64,000 nucleotides of DNA, from NCBI GenBank assembly GCA_017380635.1, contig JAFODP010000004.1:86828-150827 (forward strand), read 5' to 3'. Made by a program: the position numbers and the translations under genes. The stretch comes from Bacteroidales bacterium. GTDB lineage: Bacteria > Bacteroidota > Bacteroidia > Bacteroidales > UBA1402. This document shows, one piece after another, positions 18,101 through 26,717 of the stretch. Position 1 is the first letter of the stretch, and each line of letters opens with the position of its first letter. The notes under the pieces were generated by a model. That model saw nothing but the letters and a program-made list of their open reading frames with translations. It was not told the origin of the DNA and made no database searches.

Positions 18101-20493
18101 TAGGCAACATCGTTTCAGAATACGGTTATGGCAAGCAAGATGGTGGTAACCACGCATTCCAATTCAACCAATCTAACTTCACCATCGGTGGCTTGGAATT
18201 CACTGAAAACCAATTCATCGAATATGGTGGTAAGCAATTCATCAACTTCTCGAATGCTGCTCCTGTTGCTGGTAGCGACTCTATCATGCACATCAACTTC
18301 TCTAACAATACTTTGTACGGATTCTCAGGTAACGGCTGGTGGGCTGACAAGGCTCAGTATCGTAACTTCATCGAATTCACCTGTGGTAGCAAGTACAAAT
18401 GGGTTGGTGCTGACATCACTATCAACAACAACTTGTTCTACGAATTGAACCACACTTGTGATTCACTGGGTATTGCTAACCGTTTGGCTTTGGGTACCGA
18501 TGGTACTTCTGAAACCTACAAGGTTAACGTATTGAACAACGTATTCTATCCTGACTCAGTAATGGCTCAGGTTGAATTGGGTAAGACCATGGAAGATGGT
18601 AACTTGCCTATCTTTGATAACGAAAATATCAAGGCTACCCGCAACGATCTTACTTTGGCTGCTCTCGGTTTGACTCCTGAAACTATTTGGTACAAGGGTG
18701 AAGCTTTGGCTATTCCTCATACCTCTCCTTTGATGAAGGCTGGTGTTGACGGTACTTATATTGGTGCTAAGGCTAACTACGTGAAGGATACAGATGGTAT
18801 TCCTACCGTTGCTTACATCACCACCGACCAAAAGATGGGCGAAGGTGCTGTTGCTACTACCAACGATCCTATCTACAACTACCTGAACGAAGGTTATGAC
18901 TTCAACATGGTATTGGTTGTAGTAAGCGACGACAAGAAGGCTGACGTTTCTGCCGACATCGATTTGAGCAAGTATGATGCTGCTATCATCGCTGAACAAT
19001 TCGCCGGTGATGCTGCTGCTTTGATGCCCGAAGGTCCTTTGGCTATCAACAAGCTCAATATTCCTACCATCTATAACAAGACTTATGCATTCAAGAGCAA
19101 ACGTGCTTTGGCTAATGGCGGTTCTGCTACCGGTGCTGACGCTAATGTTGGTGCTATCGTAGTAGCTAAGGAAAACCAGGCTTGGGGCTTGTTCGACGGT
19201 ATCGAATTCACTACTGACACTATCGTTATCTTCAAGGAATTGACCGATGATAATGGTGTTCTGGGTGGCGAAAAGTCAATTAAGGGTATCAACTATGTTA
19301 AGGGTATCGACAACTTGGTAGCTGGTAAGTTGGCTGATCCTGCTATTGCTGACGTTTCTGCTGTAAGCGCTTGTATCAACTATGTACCTGCCGGTACTGC
19401 TATCGCTTCTGAAACTACTGCTGCTCCTATGTTCATCTTCGGTATGAACTCTGGTGCTATCTGCGCTAACGGTGGTGAAAACATCACTGAAGAAGGTTTG
19501 AAGTTGTGGAAGAACGCTTTGAACACCTTGCTGGGCAACATCGACGAAACTCCTCGCAACTTGGTAGGTTTGAAGAAGGTTGCTTATGTAACTGCTGAAA
19601 AGGAAATGGCTGAAGGTTGCGAAGATGCAGTTTTGGCTGCTTTGAGCGCTGACGAAAGCTTGAACGTTGTTAAGATGTTTGCTACTGATGTGAACATTGA
19701 AGGCTTCGACGCTGCTATCGTTCAAGAATCTTTGGGTGGCGGTGACGCTATCTTGAAACCCGAAGGTGCACTTGGTTTGGCTAACTTGAGCGTTCCTACT
19801 ATCTACAACAAGTTGTATGCTATGAAGGACGGTCGCGCATTCACAAGCGTTGGTAAGGCTGCTACCGGTAAGGAAGCTGGCGAAACCGTATTGACCATCA
19901 CCAAGACCAAAGAATCTAGCTTGTTCGAAGGCGTATTCGCTGAAGGCGCTAAGGAAGCTCAGATGTTCGTAGGTACTGCTAGCGATACCGGTGCTGAAGG
20001 CGTTAAGGCTTTGAACTACGCTGCTGGTGTTGAAAACGCAGGTACTCAACTGGCTACTCCTACTGGTGTTGAAGCTGCAGTTGCTATCAACTACATCAAG
20101 GCTGGTGAAGTTTTGGGTGACGCTACTTTGAAGACCAACGTTCTTACTTTGGGTATGAACTACGGCGCTTTGAGCGTAGCTGGCAACGTAACCGATGCTA
20201 ACATCCAATTGTGGAAGAACGCTGTTGCTATCATGACTGGTGCTAAGGAACTCACCATCGAAGATCTGCCTAACGCTTTGAATGCTCCTGTAGTATTGAA
20301 CAAGGTATTCGCTAACAATGGTGTTGTTTATGTAAATGCTGCTGAAGCTGCTGTAATCAACGTTTACAGCATGACTGGTAGCCTCGTTAAGAGCGTTGAA
20401 GTTAAGGAAGGTCTTAACAGCATCAACGGTTTGAACGCTGGTCAGGTTTACATGATCCGTTGCAACGACGAAGTTTCTAAGGTTATCCTTTAA
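15151..20493 (+). CDS. Giant (1780 aa) modular T9SS cargo protein: 2x CBM-like, 2x beta-helix-like and 2x alpha/beta modules plus a CTD
   Basis: Signal peptide MLMKKFFKNCAMFIALAAMSLSLNAAA; an alternative ATG is at 15157. Three pairs of internal repeats are described in the findings. The C-terminal approx 75 aa (VYVNAAEAAVINVYSMTGSLVKSVEVKEGLNSINGLNAGQVYMIRCNDEVSKVIL) look like a T9SS type-A sorting domain. Function is not assignable. Confidence 0.85.
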   Translation: MLMKKFFKNCAMFIALAAMSLSLNAAAPGDDLTSSFVNANFADGANGWTVAAKDMSKITYATATGEFGFEGTFLKAESAKKFQDYSVAQEVTGLPLGDYEVSAKIYQIEETNYGKGGATLYVNSSNKKAGNSSAAGAASVTVATRVADGKMKVEFKHTGGNRNTIVAFGDLKVVLKSIPELASALATAETFADQKMLDDYSARYDTAIAAAKAHSGVVDAEYMALCTELETLNAAAQGSIDDFAAYAAAIAKAEAFVAASTIADKAAIQATIAEHKANYEIAAQSPKAQGWIAALELAVGQFDATYFVVNPSFTDGLNGWTLDTVAKNAKSPIVVEYVADQKGIKNAIYLHNTLNEKQAFKKVELSQTVTGLPNGDYYVNAKAWRNEGGNYTKGTITLFANAKSGKFSNSTADACGTAKVKVRVTDGTLTLKISETDSRNGDLMFGEINLEYKGFESWAKINGTTATASCIEEFVDALKDASFDGQDVTIELTSGSLYKLAANNSAPEHAAFKSLTIKSTAGAQIAGRITPALAKMENLTYDGLTFVAWPDGSAENATSINFFKGDDGDSIKVLTVKNCTFQDLGAEQIIAHRGNSFNQTIETIIFTNNTINNYGMSKADGGNHPFQINKGCTNNFIMTENVFNNWAGKQFLNFGNMSTIVGSDSIITITVENNVFNGWDSYSVNHTDSTIATDSRNAHWFLEFSNNMSKGIKLDINNNLFFHNIIDSAENKYPVSAGINFTKDLNDAYAANSEISLVGNLLIPDSVLNLRNINPAFEAAVELPSNAKDYIEKFKSFKRENKFQKDFPEFVYVAGEKMLTSHPMYTAGKDGKYIGIADMYYDFAATEVGATVSTADGLIQAMGYTFEGVEHPVITMLDCTDEGGVYNVGTGYKKMGAHANLTIKAAAGATPVVSGTLAGANYNMESLTIEGLKFIAGGNPIQMMNAKDSIDVLTVKNCTFEQFGAEQVGLFRAANGYLGKFVFVGNIVSEYGYGKQDGGNHAFQFNQSNFTIGGLEFTENQFIEYGGKQFINFSNAAPVAGSDSIMHINFSNNTLYGFSGNGWWADKAQYRNFIEFTCGSKYKWVGADITINNNLFYELNHTCDSLGIANRLALGTDGTSETYKVNVLNNVFYPDSVMAQVELGKTMEDGNLPIFDNENIKATRNDLTLAALGLTPETIWYKGEALAIPHTSPLMKAGVDGTYIGAKANYVKDTDGIPTVAYITTDQKMGEGAVATTNDPIYNYLNEGYDFNMVLVVVSDDKKADVSADIDLSKYDAAIIAEQFAGDAAALMPEGPLAINKLNIPTIYNKTYAFKSKRALANGGSATGADANVGAIVVAKENQAWGLFDGIEFTTDTIVIFKELTDDNGVLGGEKSIKGINYVKGIDNLVAGKLADPAIADVSAVSACINYVPAGTAIASETTAAPMFIFGMNSGAICANGGENITEEGLKLWKNALNTLLGNIDETPRNLVGLKKVAYVTAEKEMAEGCEDAVLAALSADESLNVVKMFATDVNIEGFDAAIVQESLGGGDAILKPEGALGLANLSVPTIYNKLYAMKDGRAFTSVGKAATGKEAGETVLTITKTKESSLFEGVFAEGAKEAQMFVGTASDTGAEGVKALNYAAGVENAGTQLATPTGVEAAVAINYIKAGEVLGDATLKTNVLTLGMNYGALSVAGNVTDANIQLWKNAVAIMTGAKELTIEDLPNALNAPVVLNKVFANNGVVYVNAAEAAVINVYSMTGSLVKSVEVKEGLNSINGLNAGQVYMIRCNDEVSKVIL

Positions 20494-20509
20494 TCTTCTG
20501 ACTGACTAA

Positions 20510-20583
20510 GCTTGCAGGCCTGCGGCCTGCAAGCCTAACATAAAGAGAGCCTCGGGCGCGCGCGTCCGAGGCTCTCTGCTTTT
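20510..20583. terminator. Two consecutive GC-rich hairpins between convergent genes
   Basis: Hairpin 1 is GCTTGCAGGCC (20510-20520) / GGCCTGCAAGC (20524-20534). Hairpin 2 is AGAGAGCCTCGG (20544-20555) / CCGAGGCTCTCT (20566-20577), followed by GCTTTT. Confidence 0.6.
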
Positions 20584-20601
20584 GCCGACTACTCTTCTCG
20601 C

Positions 20602-21171
20602 CTATCTGAATCGTTCTTTAATCAAAGGTAAAAGCACTTTGCGTATCACCTTATCGTTGAGTTGATGCTCGCCCTCGAAGCGAATGGTATTGGGATAATA
20701 TTTGCGAAAAACATCGTAGGTGTTCACCACCTTATCGTTGATGCCGAAAAGGCCGATGCAGTTTTCTTTGTCGAAAGCCGTGATACCTTTGAATTGCAGG
20801 CGTTCCATTTGCGCATATTCGTGCATGGTATCTTTGGTAACGCGGAATTCCTTGGCATTATCCTGACGACGATTGTGGTATTTATGCACGCCAGTTTTAA
20901 GCGAACCCATCTTCGACATATTGAATGCCGGATTCACACAGATACGACGATAACCGAACATTTGCTGGGCATACATGCCGCCCATACTGGTGCCGATAAT
21001 CAAATCGGGTTGTTCTTGTTCGCAAAGTGCGCGCAGCATAGGCAGTGCCTCGGCCGGCGACATAGGAATATCGGGAGCAATGATTTCGTCTTCAGGCAAA
21101 GCGTTGCGCAGCGTTTCCACCGTTCCGCTGGTGCCGGAAGAAGCAAATCCATGGAAATACAAAATCTTCAT
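20602..21171 (-). CDS. YqiA/UPF0227-like alpha/beta-fold esterase
   Basis: Start taken at MKILYFHGFASSG. Nucleophile elbow GTSMGG. Length about 189 aa. Confidence 0.7.
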   Translation of the reverse strand: MKILYFHGFASSGTSGTVETLRNALPEDEIIAPDIPMSPAEALPMLRALCEQEQPDLIIGTSMGGMYAQQMFGYRRICVNPAFNMSKMGSLKTGVHKYHNRRQDNAKEFRVTKDTMHEYAQMERLQFKGITAFDKENCIGLFGINDKVVNTYDVFRKYYPNTIRFEGEHQLNDKVIRKVLLPLIKERFR

Positions 21172-21189
21172 ATAGAGAACACAAAACAA

Positions 21190-22155
21190 TCAGTAAATAT
21201 ACTTCGAAACAAAAGCTTCCACACGTCGGGTATATTCTTCGGGATACATTTTATACGAACGTGCATGATCCACGCCCGGAGAAAGCCACATCTCTTTGTC
21301 ACCAGACTTGGCTTCGTACAAAGGATAAATCATCCAGGTGGGCACAAAATCGTCTTTATCACCGTGAATGAACATCATCGGAAGTTGACATTTAGCTACT
21401 TGCGCCAAAGCGGAAGCCTCTTTAAATCCCCAGCCATGAATCATTTGGTTCAACAAGCCCGAAAGATGAAGCAGAGGAAAAGGCGGCAAGCCGAAACGCG
21501 ATTTCAATTCGTGGGCAAATTCGTCCCAAACGCTGGTGTAACCGCAATCTTCCACAAAACATTTCACGTAAGGTGCCTGCGCTTCGCCTGAAACCATCAT
21601 CGTGGTGGCAGCGCCCATCGAGACTCCATGCAAGAGCATTTGTGTGGCCAGCGAATCGCCTTTGAACATATCGTTGGCCAAGGCCATCCATTGCAGCACA
21701 TCGTGACGATCGAGCCAGCCCATGCGGATATGACTGCCTTGGCTAAGTCCGTGCGCATAACCATCGGGCAAGAGGATATTGAAACCCAAATCGTGATGAT
21801 ACATATAGGCGTAAGGCATCATGCCCCAAAGACAATCGGTGTAACCATGAATCAACAGCGCACTGCGATTGCTCGGCCGCGAAGCGGGAATATATTTGGC
21901 ATGCAAACGTTCGCCACCCGAAGCCAGTATAAAAGTATCACGCAAAGCCCCGCAAGCCTGCAGACTATCCAACCAAGCCGTTTGCGTCGGGTAATCCCTG
22001 CGGTAACGCTCCTCAGCCTGGGCTTCGTCGCGACGACCATCGGCCAGGTTCTTGCTGAGCGCGTAAGGAATCATGGCCCAGGCAATGGCTATACAAAGCA
22101 ACAGCGCCCCGAGGACGCTGAAGCCGATTATTTTCTTAAATTTCCAATTGTGCAT
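21190..22155 (-). CDS. Membrane-anchored alpha/beta hydrolase
   Basis: 321 aa with an N-terminal TM helix. Contains LLIHGYTD and the nucleophile elbow HGVSMGA, with late D and H residues (HGDKDDFV, GVDHARS). The start overlaps the stop of the upstream GH28 gene by 20 nt. Confidence 0.7.
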   Translation of the reverse strand: MHNWKFKKIIGFSVLGALLLCIAIAWAMIPYALSKNLADGRRDEAQAEERYRRDYPTQTAWLDSLQACGALRDTFILASGGERLHAKYIPASRPSNRSALLIHGYTDCLWGMMPYAYMYHHDLGFNILLPDGYAHGLSQGSHIRMGWLDRHDVLQWMALANDMFKGDSLATQMLLHGVSMGAATTMMVSGEAQAPYVKCFVEDCGYTSVWDEFAHELKSRFGLPPFPLLHLSGLLNQMIHGWGFKEASALAQVAKCQLPMMFIHGDKDDFVPTWMIYPLYEAKSGDKEMWLSPGVDHARSYKMYPEEYTRRVEAFVSKYIY

Positions 22156-23671
22156 CTTTCAATTCGTAATGAGTTTTCTTGCCTTCTTCGTGATTGATCT
22201 TCGTCTTGATAAACTTCACTTTCTTACCATTATTAATCTCAACCACCGTATCGGGCGAATGAACTTCCACTTGCTTCAAAACAATATCGTCCACATCGTA
22301 CAGACTCATCAGACGTTGCGAATGATCTACGCGGACATTCTCGATGCGCACGCCACTGAGCGGACTTTCGGGAATACCCTTGGCTTTGACGAAATATTTA
22401 CAAGATTCCACATAAATGTCGCGAGCCACGATATTGCGATAGAAAGGCGTCAGCGGCGTCATTTCCAAAGCGGGGAAACGCACGGCCAATTCGCCCACAT
22501 ACATCTTGCTGCCCAACATATCCCAGTTGAAAGCATCGCCACGCAAAATCATGCGCACACGTTCGTAGGTGATATTTTCGCCACCGCCACCACGATTACG
22601 ACGCGTCTTGAAACGAATACCCGAACCTGTGCCATCGAACACGCAATCGTGCAGATAAAGGTTGCGGATAACGCCGGCAGTTTCGCTACCGCAAGTGATA
22701 CCGCCATGACCTTGTTGGGCCAAGCAATAACGTACCACCACATTTTCGGTAGGCTTGTTCACGCGCAATCCGTCTTCGGCACGACCGGCCTTCATGGTGA
22801 AACAGTCGTCGCCACAACTGAGCGTACAATATTCAATCAAGACATTGCGGGTAGATTCGATATCGATACCGTCGCCGCGGGGAATGCCCACCGAACGCAC
22901 CGTAATACCACGGATAATCACACCGTCGCAATACACGGGCACCACGTTCCACATGGGCGTACGTTCCAATGTAATGCCTTCGATGAGCACATTCTTACAA
23001 TCGGTAGGCGACACAAAAGTAGGAAGAAACACGCCCTGACCTTGCTGGTTGTCGAACAAACGTGATTCCACCGGAGAGTTGGCATCGATGAGATTTTCAA
23101 TAACGCCACCCTTCTTTTCGCTGCGCAGAATTTCGCAATCACGTTCCGGACCAACAATTTTACCTTTACCGGTGAGCGCGATATTTTCCTGTTGATAAGC
23201 GTAAATGCAAGCACCCATCGAGTAAACTTCCACGCCTTCGCAACGGGTAAACACCGCCGGCAGATAATCCTTGATATCGCCACTGAAATGAATCTCGGCA
23301 CCTTCTTCCAAATGCAGATTAACGTTGCTCTTCAGATGAATACGACCACTCTTCCAAATACCTTGCGGCACAATCACCTTACCGCCACCTTTGGCCGACA
23401 TTTCGTCGATAGCCTGCTGAATTTGTTTGGTTACCAACTGAGAAGCATCCAGGTTCAAATCTTTCAGGTTGATTTCGCGGGCCGGAAACTTCGGAGCCTG
23501 CAACTGCGGCATCGCAAAAGGTGCCTTGATAGGCGCGATGTCTGCGGGCAAACAAGTAGCACCCACTTCTTCGATTTCGGGCACCAAAGTAGCAGGATCC
23601 TTCTCAGCCTGACAAGCAACGAGCGACAAAGACGCAAGCGCCAAGAACATTAAACGAAACATTTTCATCAT
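22136..23671 (-). CDS. Glycoside hydrolase family 28 (polygalacturonase-like), lipoprotein-type signal
   Basis: Start taken at MMKMFRLMFLALASLSLVACQ. GH28 catalytic motifs SCGDDCFTMKAG, QGHGGITCGSE and GIRFKT. Confidence 0.85.
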   Translation of the reverse strand: MMKMFRLMFLALASLSLVACQAEKDPATLVPEIEEVGATCLPADIAPIKAPFAMPQLQAPKFPAREINLKDLNLDASQLVTKQIQQAIDEMSAKGGGKVIVPQGIWKSGRIHLKSNVNLHLEEGAEIHFSGDIKDYLPAVFTRCEGVEVYSMGACIYAYQQENIALTGKGKIVGPERDCEILRSEKKGGVIENLIDANSPVESRLFDNQQGQGVFLPTFVSPTDCKNVLIEGITLERTPMWNVVPVYCDGVIIRGITVRSVGIPRGDGIDIESTRNVLIEYCTLSCGDDCFTMKAGRAEDGLRVNKPTENVVVRYCLAQQGHGGITCGSETAGVIRNLYLHDCVFDGTGSGIRFKTRRNRGGGGENITYERVRMILRGDAFNWDMLGSKMYVGELAVRFPALEMTPLTPFYRNIVARDIYVESCKYFVKAKGIPESPLSGVRIENVRVDHSQRLMSLYDVDDIVLKQVEVHSPDTVVEINNGKKVKFIKTKINHEEGKKTHYELKDAQLEI

Positions 23672-23732
23672 AACTCTCTCATTAAGCATGAACGTCAAGA
23701 CCGAAGCCTCAACGTTCATACATATTTACTAT

Positions 23733-25145
23733 TTATTTTGAAGCCTTCTGAGCCTTCAGCTCTTTCAACTTCTTACCATTAATCTTGACATTGTCGAGCG
23801 ACACGCTGCCCACCAGACCGGCCATAAAGTTGCCTTTAGAAGTAACACCGTTGAAGTTGCAGTCTTTCAAGTTGATGTTGTCGATATTGGTAACGTTGTC
23901 CAGACCGTGCAAGTAGATACCGTATTGCGATTTCTGACAATTGATGTTTTCCAGATACACGTTGCGAACGATAGGATCGAACGAACGATCGCAATTTTCG
24001 CGAGGTTCGTAAGCCAGGTTGATACGAACCACAGCTTCGCGACATTCACCTACTTCGATATTGCGCACGTAGATATTTTCGATAACACCGCCACGACAGT
24101 TGGAAGTTTTGATACGCACCACGCGGTCGAGGTTGGGAGAATCCATGGTACAATCTTCCACGAACAAGTTGCGATAACCGCCTGAAATTTCCGAACCAAT
24201 CACGATACCGCCATGACCATCGGCCATGTGACAACGACGAACCACGATGTTTTCACTGGGAACATTCCACTTACGACCATCGGCATTACGTCCACTCTTG
24301 ATAGCGATACAGTCGTCGCCCGTGTCGAAAACGCAATCTTCGATAAGCACATTCTTGCAAGATTCGGGGTCGCAGCCGTCGCCGTTAGGACCATGGTTGC
24401 GCACGGTAACACCGCGAACAATAAGGTCGTCGCAGAAAAGCGGATGAATCACCCAGAAAGGCGAGTTGAGCAAAGTAACATCTTCGATAAGCGCCGTGTT
24501 GCAACGATAGAAGTTCACAAACTGAGGACGCATGTAGTTGTCGGGCGTAAAAGTACGCTGATGCAAAGGAAGTTGTTCTTCGCCCCAACGCAACAATTGC
24601 AAACGAGGAGCCAATTTTTCGGGCGTAGATTTACGTTCGCGGGCCTGAATATGCCACCAACGATCGGGCGCACCTTGCGCGTCAAGCACACCTTTACCGG
24701 TAAGCGCGATATTGGTTTCGCCATAAGCATAAATAAGCGGATGCGTGTTGTTGCAATCCACACCTTCCCAACGAGTGGGCACTGCGGGGAAATAATATTC
24801 AGCTTCGGTGGTAAATCTCAACACGGCTCCATCTTGGAAATGCAAACGTACGTTGCTCTTCAAAGTGATAGGACCGGTATAGAAAGTATCGGCAGGAACC
24901 ACTACCGTACCACCACCCTTCTGATTCATATCCAAAATAGCCAAGTTGATAGCATCGTGGGCCAGTTCCAAAGGATTGTTGGCCACAGCACCGAAATCGA
25001 CGATAGACACTTGACGATCGGGGAAGTTTACCTTTTTAATATTAGCCACAATAGCATCCGCCTGCGACCATGGATCTGTCTGAGCCGACAAAGGCATTGG
25101 CAACAATAAAGCCAGACAAGCCAATAATATCATTGATTTCTTCAT
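23733..25145 (-). CDS. Glycoside hydrolase family 28 (second copy)
   Basis: 470 aa with a signal peptide. Motifs NGDGCDP, DTGDDCIAIKSGR, DGHGGIVIGSE and RIKT. Confidence 0.85.
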   Translation of the reverse strand: MKKSMILLACLALLLPMPLSAQTDPWSQADAIVANIKKVNFPDRQVSIVDFGAVANNPLELAHDAINLAILDMNQKGGGTVVVPADTFYTGPITLKSNVRLHFQDGAVLRFTTEAEYYFPAVPTRWEGVDCNNTHPLIYAYGETNIALTGKGVLDAQGAPDRWWHIQARERKSTPEKLAPRLQLLRWGEEQLPLHQRTFTPDNYMRPQFVNFYRCNTALIEDVTLLNSPFWVIHPLFCDDLIVRGVTVRNHGPNGDGCDPESCKNVLIEDCVFDTGDDCIAIKSGRNADGRKWNVPSENIVVRRCHMADGHGGIVIGSEISGGYRNLFVEDCTMDSPNLDRVVRIKTSNCRGGVIENIYVRNIEVGECREAVVRINLAYEPRENCDRSFDPIVRNVYLENINCQKSQYGIYLHGLDNVTNIDNINLKDCNFNGVTSKGNFMAGLVGSVSLDNVKINGKKLKELKAQKASK

Positions 25146-25149
25146 ACCA

Positions 25150-26640
25150 TTACAATGTTACACCGGTTTTGAAAATAGCGATTTCGCGATAGCCTTTCTT
25201 TTCGTTGTTCACTTCCTCGCCAGAAGCCACCTTCAAAAGATATTCCACGAAACGGGCATGAACGCTTTCCATAGCTTCGTCTTCTACCAATACGCCGGCG
25301 TTGAAGTCGATCCAAGTGGGTTTGTTCTTGGCCAGATTAGAGTTGGTAGACACCTTCATGGTAGGAACGAAAGTACCGAATGGCGTACCACGACCGGTGG
25401 TGAAAAGTACAATCTGACAACCGGCAGCAGCCAAAGCCGTAGAGGCCACCAAGTCGTTACCGGGAGCTTCGAGCAAGTTCAAGCCGGTCTTCTGGATACG
25501 GTCGCCATAACGCAATACATCGCGCACGATAGATTTACCACATTTCTGGGTACAACCCAAAGCCTTTTCTTCGAGGGTTGAGATACCGCCTGCCTTGTTA
25601 CCGGGAGAAGGATTTTCGCCCACAGGTTCGCCATGCGACAAGAAATATTGCTTGAAATCGTTGATAAGGCTGACAGTCTGTTCGAAACGTTCGCGGTTTT
25701 CGCAACGGTTCATCAAGATGGTTTCAGCACCAAACATTTCGGGCACTTCGGTAAGCACGCTGGTACCGCCTTGGCTAACGATGAAATCGGAAAGAACACC
25801 CAACAAAGGATTAGCAGTGATACCTGAGAAACCATCCGAACCACCACACTTCAAACCAATTTTCAACTTGCTGAAAGGAACATCCACACGCTTGTCTTCT
25901 TTGGCCAAAGCATACAATTCGCGAGCAATGCCAAGTCCGGTGGGCACTTCGTCGCCGGGCACTTGCTGAGCCACCATGAAGCGAACACGTTCTTCGTCAA
26001 ATTCGCCACAGAATTCGCGGAACACATCAGGCTGGTTGTTTTCGCAACCCAAACCTACTACCAAAATAGCACCGGCATTGGGATGATGTACCATATTGCG
26101 CAACACTTTCTTGGTATTTTCGTGGTCTTCGCCCAACTGAGAGCAACCATAATTGTGAGGGAAAGCCACGATAGCATCTACGCCTTCGCCCTTGGTTTCG
26201 GCACGCAAGCCTTCGGCAATCTGGTTAACGATACCATTCACACAACCCACGGTAGGGATGATCCAAATTTCGTTACGGATACCTACGTCGCCATTCTTGC
26301 GCACATAGCCCTTGAAAGTCAGGCCCTGATCGGGAGCAGTCACTTCTTCCAACTGAGGATCGTAGGTATATTCCAACAAACCGGCCAAGTTGGTCTTGAT
26401 ATTTTTGTCGCTCATCCAGGCACCGGCTACTGCATCTTCGATGGCATGACCGATAGGATAACCATATTTGATAACATCTTCGCCCTTGGCAAAGTTTTTC
26501 AAAGCAAATTTATGACCGGCAGGTACATCTTCCTGCAACACTACTTCTTGACCTTCCACGTTTACCACAGTACCTTTTTTCAATTCGGTAATGGCAACAG
26601 CCACGTTGTCGGCGGGATTAATTTTCAAATGAGAAATCAT
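25150..26640 (-). CDS. uxaA: Altronate dehydratase
   Basis: 496 aa. N-terminal SAF domain (INPADNVAVA), UxaA-family length and conserved body, adjacent to uxaB. Confidence 0.9.
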   Translation of the reverse strand: MISHLKINPADNVAVAITELKKGTVVNVEGQEVVLQEDVPAGHKFALKNFAKGEDVIKYGYPIGHAIEDAVAGAWMSDKNIKTNLAGLLEYTYDPQLEEVTAPDQGLTFKGYVRKNGDVGIRNEIWIIPTVGCVNGIVNQIAEGLRAETKGEGVDAIVAFPHNYGCSQLGEDHENTKKVLRNMVHHPNAGAILVVGLGCENNQPDVFREFCGEFDEERVRFMVAQQVPGDEVPTGLGIARELYALAKEDKRVDVPFSKLKIGLKCGGSDGFSGITANPLLGVLSDFIVSQGGTSVLTEVPEMFGAETILMNRCENRERFEQTVSLINDFKQYFLSHGEPVGENPSPGNKAGGISTLEEKALGCTQKCGKSIVRDVLRYGDRIQKTGLNLLEAPGNDLVASTALAAAGCQIVLFTTGRGTPFGTFVPTMKVSTNSNLAKNKPTWIDFNAGVLVEDEAMESVHARFVEYLLKVASGEEVNNEKKGYREIAIFKTGVTL

Positions 26641-26717
26641 AGTCGTATAAGGAAAAAAAGAGGAACGTGTGTTCCAGTGCGCGCACGTTCCTCGTTAGAT
26701 GATAGAATTATTTCAAA

